Positions 59,013 through 64,000 of a stretch of DNA of 64,000 nucleotides are shown in pieces. Every line of letters begins with the position of its first letter. Within the stretch, counting starts at the first letter, position 1. This DNA is from Pseudomonadota bacterium (lineage in GTDB: Bacteria; Bdellovibrionota; UBA1018). The position numbers and the translations under genes are program-made. The DNA lies in the NCBI GenBank assembly GCA_027485695.1, contig JAIXQO010000004.1:110056-174055 (forward strand), read 5' to 3'. The notes under the pieces were generated by a model. That model saw only the letters and a program-made list of their open reading frames with translations, was not told the origin of the DNA and made no database searches.

Positions 59013-59849
59013 AGCGAGCCGGTCGAAATCACGATCCTCGGGTGCGGGACTTCTACGGGCGTCCCAATGCTGCAATGCCGATGCCCTGTCTGTACCTCAC
59101 GCAACCGCAAAAACAGGCGTCTTCGCGCTTCCGCGTGGCTCAAGACTCGCGGTAAGAGCTTTCTCATCGATACGTCCACGGACTTACGTGAACAGGCTCT
59201 GCGTGAAAACATTGATCGGGTCGACGCCATTCTCTACACGCATCCTCATTCGGACCACGTTTCTGGCATCGATGACGTACGTTCTTTTAACTACCTCCAA
59301 AAATCGAGCATCCCTGCTTACGGCAATTCATGGACAGAGCGCGAGCTCACGAGCCGCTATCCGTATATTTTCAATCCGCAGGGGCCCTCCGAGGGCGGTG
59401 GCGTTCCTCAAATTCAATTCCACCTCATCCCGGACGGTACCACTTCGATCGAAGTCGAGGGCGTGACCATTGAAACACTCACCTTGAAACACGGTTCCCA
59501 AGATGTGCTCGCGTTCCGTGTCGAAAACGTCGCCTACCTGACCGATTGCAACTTCATTCCTGATGAAGCCGTCGCCCGACTTCAAGGGCTAGACATTTTG
59601 ATCCTCGATTGTTTGCGATTAGAGCGGCACGGCACTCATTTTAACCTCGAAGAATCCCTCCATTTCATCCCACGGGTGAATCCGCGCAAAACGATCCTCA
59701 CTCACCTGGGTCACGACTTCGAGTACGGCGAATGGACTAAACGAGGACCGGGCGCAAAACTGCCGAAAAACGTGACTCTCGCTTACGACGGCATGCACGT
59801 CCGCGTGTCGGCGAATCATTCTTCAAACCCATCCGGAGCACCCCGATGA
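59013..59849 (+). CDS. MBL-fold metallo-hydrolase (PhnP-like)
   Basis: ITILGCGTSTGVP...YTHPHSDHVSGIDD (HxHxDH motif). Start at the internal ATG (MSEPVEIT). Confidence 0.7.
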   Translation, partial: SEPVEITILGCGTSTGVPMLQCRCPVCTSRNRKNRRLRASAWLKTRGKSFLIDTSTDLREQALRENIDRVDAILYTHPHSDHVSGIDDVRSFNYLQKSSIPAYGNSWTERELTSRYPYIFNPQGPSEGGGVPQIQFHLIPDGTTSIEVEGVTIETLTLKHGSQDVLAFRVENVAYLTDCNFIPDEAVARLQGLDILILDCLRLERHGTHFNLEESLHFIPRVNPRKTILTHLGHDFEYGEWTKRGPGAKLPKNVTLAYDGMHVRVSANHSSNPSGAPR

Positions 59850-60952
59850 TCATTGGCGTACCTAAGGAAATCAAAAACAAAGAAAATCGAGTGGGAATGG
59901 TCGTCGCCGGAGTCAGTGCTCTGACCCACGCCGGACACAAAGTCCTCGTTCAGAAAGGTGCGGGTATCGGCGCAGGAATTTCCGACGAAGACTACCGCAA
60001 AGCAGGCGCGCTCATCGTCGAGACACCCAGAGAGATCTTTGAAAAAGCCGACATGATCGTAAAAGTCAAAGAACCCCTGCCAGAGGAATATTCCATGCTC
60101 CGGGAAGGGCAGATCCTCTACACCTATTTGCACCTAGCGGCCGACGAGCGACTGACCAAAGCGCTGATGGAGCGCAAGATCATCGGTATCGCTTACGAAA
60201 CCATTCAGCCAGACGACCACACACTCCCCTTGCTCGCTCCCATGAGCGCGGTTGCCGGAAGAATGGCCACCCAAATCGGCGCCTCCTATCTTCAGCACGA
60301 CCACGGTGGCAAGGGCATGCTTCTGGGTGGTGTCACGGGAGTGGATCGAGCGAATGTCGCGATCCTAGGTGGCGGCGTTGTCGGCGTAAACGCTGCGAAA
60401 ATGGCGATCGGCCTCGGAGCACGGGTCACGATCCTCGACACCAACCTCGCGCGACTCGACTACCTCAGCGATGTATTCGGGAATGAGATCACCACACTCT
60501 ACTCGAATATCGAACAAATCGAAAAAGCCGTTGTGAACGCGGATCTCGTCATCGGCGCAGTTCTCGTACCGGGAGCCAAGGCACCTAAACTCGTGACTCG
60601 AGACATGATCTCCCGAATGCAACCGGGTGGCGTGATTATTGACGTTGCAGTCGATCAAGGCGGTTCCGTTGAAACCTGCCGCCCGACTTCGCACGAACAT
60701 CCGACCTATAACGTGGATGGAATCATCCACTATGCAGTTCCAAATATGCCCGGCGCGGTTCCCCGTACGTCTACTTACGCGCTCACAAACGTGACGATGA
60801 AATACGCCCTCATGCTCGCAAATCTCGGCTGGAAGAACGCCGTCCAAAAGGATGCCGCTCTCCGCAAAGGCGTCAATGTCGCCTATGGAAAATGTGTGTA
60901 TAAACAGGTCGCCGACGATCTTGGACTGCCGTTCGAGGACTTACTCGACTAA
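59846..60952 (+). CDS. ald: Alanine dehydrogenase
   Basis: [18 protein letters not shown]-terminus and the NAD-binding motif [13 protein letters not shown]. 368 aa. Confidence 0.9.
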   Translation: MIIGVPKEIKNKENRVGMVVAGVSALTHAGHKVLVQKGAGIGAGISDEDYRKAGALIVETPREIFEKADMIVKVKEPLPEEYSMLREGQILYTYLHLAADERLTKALMERKIIGIAYETIQPDDHTLPLLAPMSAVAGRMATQIGASYLQHDHGGKGMLLGGVTGVDRANVAILGGGVVGVNAAKMAIGLGARVTILDTNLARLDYLSDVFGNEITTLYSNIEQIEKAVVNADLVIGAVLVPGAKAPKLVTRDMISRMQPGGVIIDVAVDQGGSVETCRPTSHEHPTYNVDGIIHYAVPNMPGAVPRTSTYALTNVTMKYALMLANLGWKNAVQKDAALRKGVNVAYGKCVYKQVADDLGLPFEDLLD

Positions 60953-61004
60953 CGAGAACATAGCCATTGTCCGACCGTCCCAGACGTGAAAAACTAAACT
61001 TATC

Positions 61005-61583
61005 ATGTCTGAAGAGAAAGCCGCGGCCGCCCCGGCGCCTGGAAAATCTAAACTCGCGCTCATTCTAGTGCTGGTGAACTCACTCGCGGTACTCGGGGTG
61101 TTGGGCATCGTGATCTATACCAAAATGCTCTACAAGCGCCCGCGGATCACCGAAACCGGCGAGCGAACCCGTATGGAAACCCAGGCCGCTCAAGATGCGC
61201 AGAAAAAAGCCGCAATTCAATCCAGTGAGCGACATTTGATGAAACTCGACATGATGCAAGCCAACTTGAAACCGAGCATCATCGGAAGGACCGGCCCGGG
61301 CGCGCCCCCTCCCGTCCTCAAGCCGCATTTCGTAAACATGAGTTTCACGCTGGAGCTCTTGAACGCCAATCAAGAGTCCGTGATCCGCGACAACATACCG
61401 AAATTTTTGGATGCCCTTTTGAAATCCCTGGGGCAAACGACCGTCGAAGAACTCACCTCTGTCCAAGGACGATTCATCCTGCGCAATCGCATCGCCGGCA
61501 TCATCAACGATCTCGTTCAAAAATCTAAAAACGACCCGCCGGTCGTGACGAACGTGTATTTCAACGATTTCTTGGTTCAATAG
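61005..61583 (+). CDS. fliL: Flagellar basal-body-associated protein FliL
   Basis: A single N-terminal TM helix and the characteristic C-terminal ending VYFNDFLVQ (FliL ..VYFT.FV.Q). 192 aa. Confidence 0.6.
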   Translation: MSEEKAAAAPAPGKSKLALILVLVNSLAVLGVLGIVIYTKMLYKRPRITETGERTRMETQAAQDAQKKAAIQSSERHLMKLDMMQANLKPSIIGRTGPGAPPPVLKPHFVNMSFTLELLNANQESVIRDNIPKFLDALLKSLGQTTVEELTSVQGRFILRNRIAGIINDLVQKSKNDPPVVTNVYFNDFLVQ

Positions 61584-61913
61584 TCGAACGAATCATCACT
61601 GTAGAATTCGAAAATCAGGATTCGGTCCTCACATTTTAGCCTGAATTCCACGTAAAATGCGGATGAATGCGAATTTTTCGCGACATGAAAAAATTGTCCT
61701 GTATAAGAAGCAACTCTGTTTCTTTGTTTCGCCATGATGACGAAATCGAGAACAGGCTTCTAACCAACCCGTACAACTGATCGACTGCTTGCAGACGCTT
61801 CCCACCGAGAGTTCGAGATGACCGCAAGGTCCTCTTGATCACGAGACGAAGACGTTGATCTGCTTCGTTTCAGGATGGGGACGAGTAGATGAGTAGTGGA
61901 TCATGGAGTAGTC

Positions 61914-62468
61914 ATGAAAACCGCAATCGCTCTGTCCCTCTTGTCTGCAATCACCGTATATTCCGCTTCAGCCGCATCGATCGAAGGATGCTACACGACC
62001 GACGACAGCCAGATCCCGCTGATCTATATCCAGAAAAACTCCGTCTCTTACAAACTCTCGACGGAACTCGTTTCCCCGACCACCCGTTACAACGGCAGAA
62101 CCGGTGACCCATACACCACCTATGACGGAAAAAAGGAAATCGTATCGACGGTTTTCGAAGCCTCCGCTTCTCCTGAAGCAACGACCTTTACCTACATCCC
62201 GATGTCACGAGACCCAGACGTGAAAGTTGCCAAAGGTTACAAAGTTGCTTCAGCGGTCACAAATGATCGTACGGCCGCCGCTAAGATCTCTTCCAAGATT
62301 TTTGTCGCATTCAACCCACTGAACTCCCGCCCAATTGTCGAAGTTCAGGCGAAGATCCAAGAACCTCGCAAATTTAACCAGTTCCTCCTCTGGAGCTCCA
62401 AACGCACGATCGAAACGACGATCGCCAAGAAGCTCTCGAACTCCGTTTGCGAGCGCGCTGGACTCTAA
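61914..62468 (+). CDS. Secreted hypothetical protein
   Basis: Signal peptide MKTAIALSLLSAITVYSASA. Confidence 0.35.
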   Translation: MKTAIALSLLSAITVYSASAASIEGCYTTDDSQIPLIYIQKNSVSYKLSTELVSPTTRYNGRTGDPYTTYDGKKEIVSTVFEASASPEATTFTYIPMSRDPDVKVAKGYKVASAVTNDRTAAAKISSKIFVAFNPLNSRPIVEVQAKIQEPRKFNQFLLWSSKRTIETTIAKKLSNSVCERAGL

Positions 62469-62471
62469 GGC

Positions 62472-62578
62472 GGTTTTTAAAAGGGTTTGCTTGCCGGGCT
62501 CCTGCCCTACTGAAAATCGCGTCTATTAGACGCGAGCGCTTCACGCTTTTTCAGACGCGCAAAGCCCTTTTAAAAACC
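62472..62578 (+). repeat. Structured intergenic element, copy 2
   Basis: Outer arms GGTTTTTAAAAGGGTTTGC / GCAAAGCCCTTTTAAAAACC. Core TTGCCGGGCTCCTGCCCT-ACTGAAAA-TCGCGTC-TATTA-GACGCGA-G-CGCTTCACGC-TTTTTCAGAC. Confidence 0.7.
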
Positions 62579-62597
62579 TAATGCAGTTAAAAACAAA

Positions 62598-62635
62598 AGA
62601 GGCCTCTCGGAATCCGAGGAGGCCTCTTTAATTTT
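62598..62635. terminator. Bidirectional rho-independent terminator between convergent genes
   Basis: AGAGGCCTC-(TCGGAATCCGAG)-GAGGCCTCT, flanked by an A-run on the 5' side and TTTAATTTT on the 3' side. Confidence 0.6.
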
Positions 62636-62655
62636 CTAAATCGACAGCTTGCCTA

Positions 62656-64000
62656 CTAAAATTTCACACCGACACGGGCTTGGAAACCCATCATCGCGCT
62701 TGTTGCATTGTTCGGCTTCGTCGCATCGTTCGAGAACGCGTAGTAGTTGCCTGGCTTATAGTAAGCGAGGTCAACACCGAAGCTCGTGAAGTCGTCCCAA
62801 TCAAAGTTCGTCGTCAGGTCGAGTTCGGTTCCGAGCGAAGAGCTCTGGCTACCGTTTGCCGTATAATAACGACGATCCCAGGTATTAAAGAACGACTGGC
62901 CGTTAGCTGCGGTCTTGTCAGCCGATGCCGTCATCAACGTCAAACCGAACGTCCATTTGTCCGTGCGGAACGCGCCACCCAGGCTCGCGTAGTTGGCATT
63001 CGTAATCGGGTTGTCATAGACCGAACGAACTTCACCACCGGCTGGATTGTTCGGATTGTTGTTACCTGCGAAGTTCCGAGGCTGCATGCCGAACATCAGC
63101 ATACCCAGACGGTAGTTCGGATGAAGGTAAGCCATCGTCCATTTCTGGGTGTTCCCGCCAGGGGCGTTTGGTTGGCCCGGAACCTTGCCCGCGCGAAGCA
63201 TGACGCTCCAAGCGTCATTGAACGAATATTTCGCTTCACCGGCGAGCGCGTAAGTTTTGTAAGGAATACCGATGATGCGTCCATTGAAGATCGGCGCTTC
63301 GACCGCGAAATCGAATTTCCCGGCGCGCTTCTTCATATAGATGTCCCAGATCGTGTAGTTCACACTGCCTGGAGTGGAGGCGTTCAAGAACGTCGCCGTG
63401 TTCTGTGCGCCACCGATCCGGCGAATGAAATTGAATCCAGCATCAAAATCTTCATCCGGATTGAAATAACGAAGACCGAGCGAGTATTCATTGAGCGTCG
63501 ATCCACCGAATGGGCTCGTCGTACATGGATTGCCGTTACACGTGCCGCCCACCGAATTTCCATAAGCATATTTCGTAGAGGCTGGAATGACCGAGAAATT
63601 TCCGAACTTGGAAGTCAATCGGATCACGTCTCCTGTCGACTGATAGCGATCCCAGAGGCCATCACCGGAGTGATGTACGAGGCCCAAGCCCCAATGAATC
63701 GGAGCGCGACCCACTTGGAGCAAACCGAAATCCGTCACTACATCCGCCCAAAAACGTTGCGCCGTCACGGTGCTTCCGCCCGAGTAAGAGGTGCTGAAGA
63801 AACGTTGATCGCTTCGGGTCGTTGCGGGGAATCCGTCGCCGTAGAATCCAGTGATCGGGTTACCGAACCAGATTTCCGATTTGATCGAAACGTTGTCGTT
63901 TACGATGACGTTTGGTTTCAAGCGGAGGAACAGCGATTGAAAACTCGCCGTCTTACTGCCTGCGCTGGGAATGTAATAGCCGCCAGCGCTCTCGCGGCTT
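62656..64000 (-). CDS. Outer-membrane beta-barrel (porin-like) protein, N-terminus beyond window end
   Basis: The frame stays open to the window end, so the TTG at 63921 is not the real start. The C-terminus ...FQARVGVKF ends in an aromatic residue. Gly/Asn/Tyr/Thr-rich. Confidence 0.5.
   Translation of the reverse strand, partial: SRESAGGYYIPSAGSKTASFQSLFLRLKPNVIVNDNVSIKSEIWFGNPITGFYGDGFPATTRSDQRFFSTSYSGGSTVTAQRFWADVVTDFGLLQVGRAPIHWGLGLVHHSGDGLWDRYQSTGDVIRLTSKFGNFSVIPASTKYAYGNSVGGTCNGNPCTTSPFGGSTLNEYSLGLRYFNPDEDFDAGFNFIRRIGGAQNTATFLNASTPGSVNYTIWDIYMKKRAGKFDFAVEAPIFNGRIIGIPYKTYALAGEAKYSFNDAWSVMLRAGKVPGQPNAPGGNTQKWTMAYLHPNYRLGMLMFGMQPRNFAGNNNPNNPAGGEVRSVYDNPITNANYASLGGAFRTDKWTFGLTLMTASADKTAANGQSFFNTWDRRYYTANGSQSSSLGTELDLTTNFDWDDFTSFGVDLAYYKPGNYYAFSNDATKPNNATSAMMGFQARVGVKF

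Overview
The window is about 64 kb of chromosomal DNA, densely coding, with roughly 52-55% GC. The gene content suggests a predatory Bdellovibrio-like deltaproteobacterium, but that is a low-confidence guess from content only. There are many Sec-signal secreted hydrolases and unknowns, a GldG/DUF4340 pair, a bactofilin, FliL, and paired M16 peptidases. Recognisable housekeeping blocks: (1) a nucleoside-salvage operon tdk / UPRTase-like / hpt. (2) An orphan OppBC permease pair plus a separate family-5 substrate-binding protein. (3) A complete iscR-iscS-iscU-iscA-hscB-hscA-fdx operon with ATGA/GTGA start-stop overlaps. (4) A kdsC-proB-(giant SPFH/flotillin)-proA-proC operon. (5) kdsB-pyrG-kdsA. 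(6) An operon with a REC-like coiled-coil protein, a REC-GGDEF diguanylate cyclase and a metallophosphoesterase. (7) An ABC-F ATPase, a DTW (TapT) tRNA enzyme, alanine dehydrogenase and others. The most interesting locus is 22.0-26.7 kb: an ECF sigma with a DUF1109 (NrsF-type) anti-sigma, divergent from a bufferin-like RiPP operon. That operon has a 6-Cys signal-peptide precursor, a DUF692 multinuclear non-heme iron oxidase, a DUF2063 partner and DoxX, with ATGA translational coupling. Both transcription units are preceded by near-identical GTAAC-N16-CGAA(TG) promoter-like motifs. Non-coding structure includes: a three-copy family of about 110-bp structured elements with a conserved core, compensatory changes in inner stems and copy-specific 20-24-bp outer stems; a 79-bp tandem repeat (2.3 copies) made of small hairpins; GGCAA/TTGCC-rich inverted-repeat elements in two intergenic regions; a 31-codon hydrophobic small ORF with a strong RBS; and several intrinsic terminators. 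No rRNA, tRNA, CRISPR array or intact IS element was recognised.
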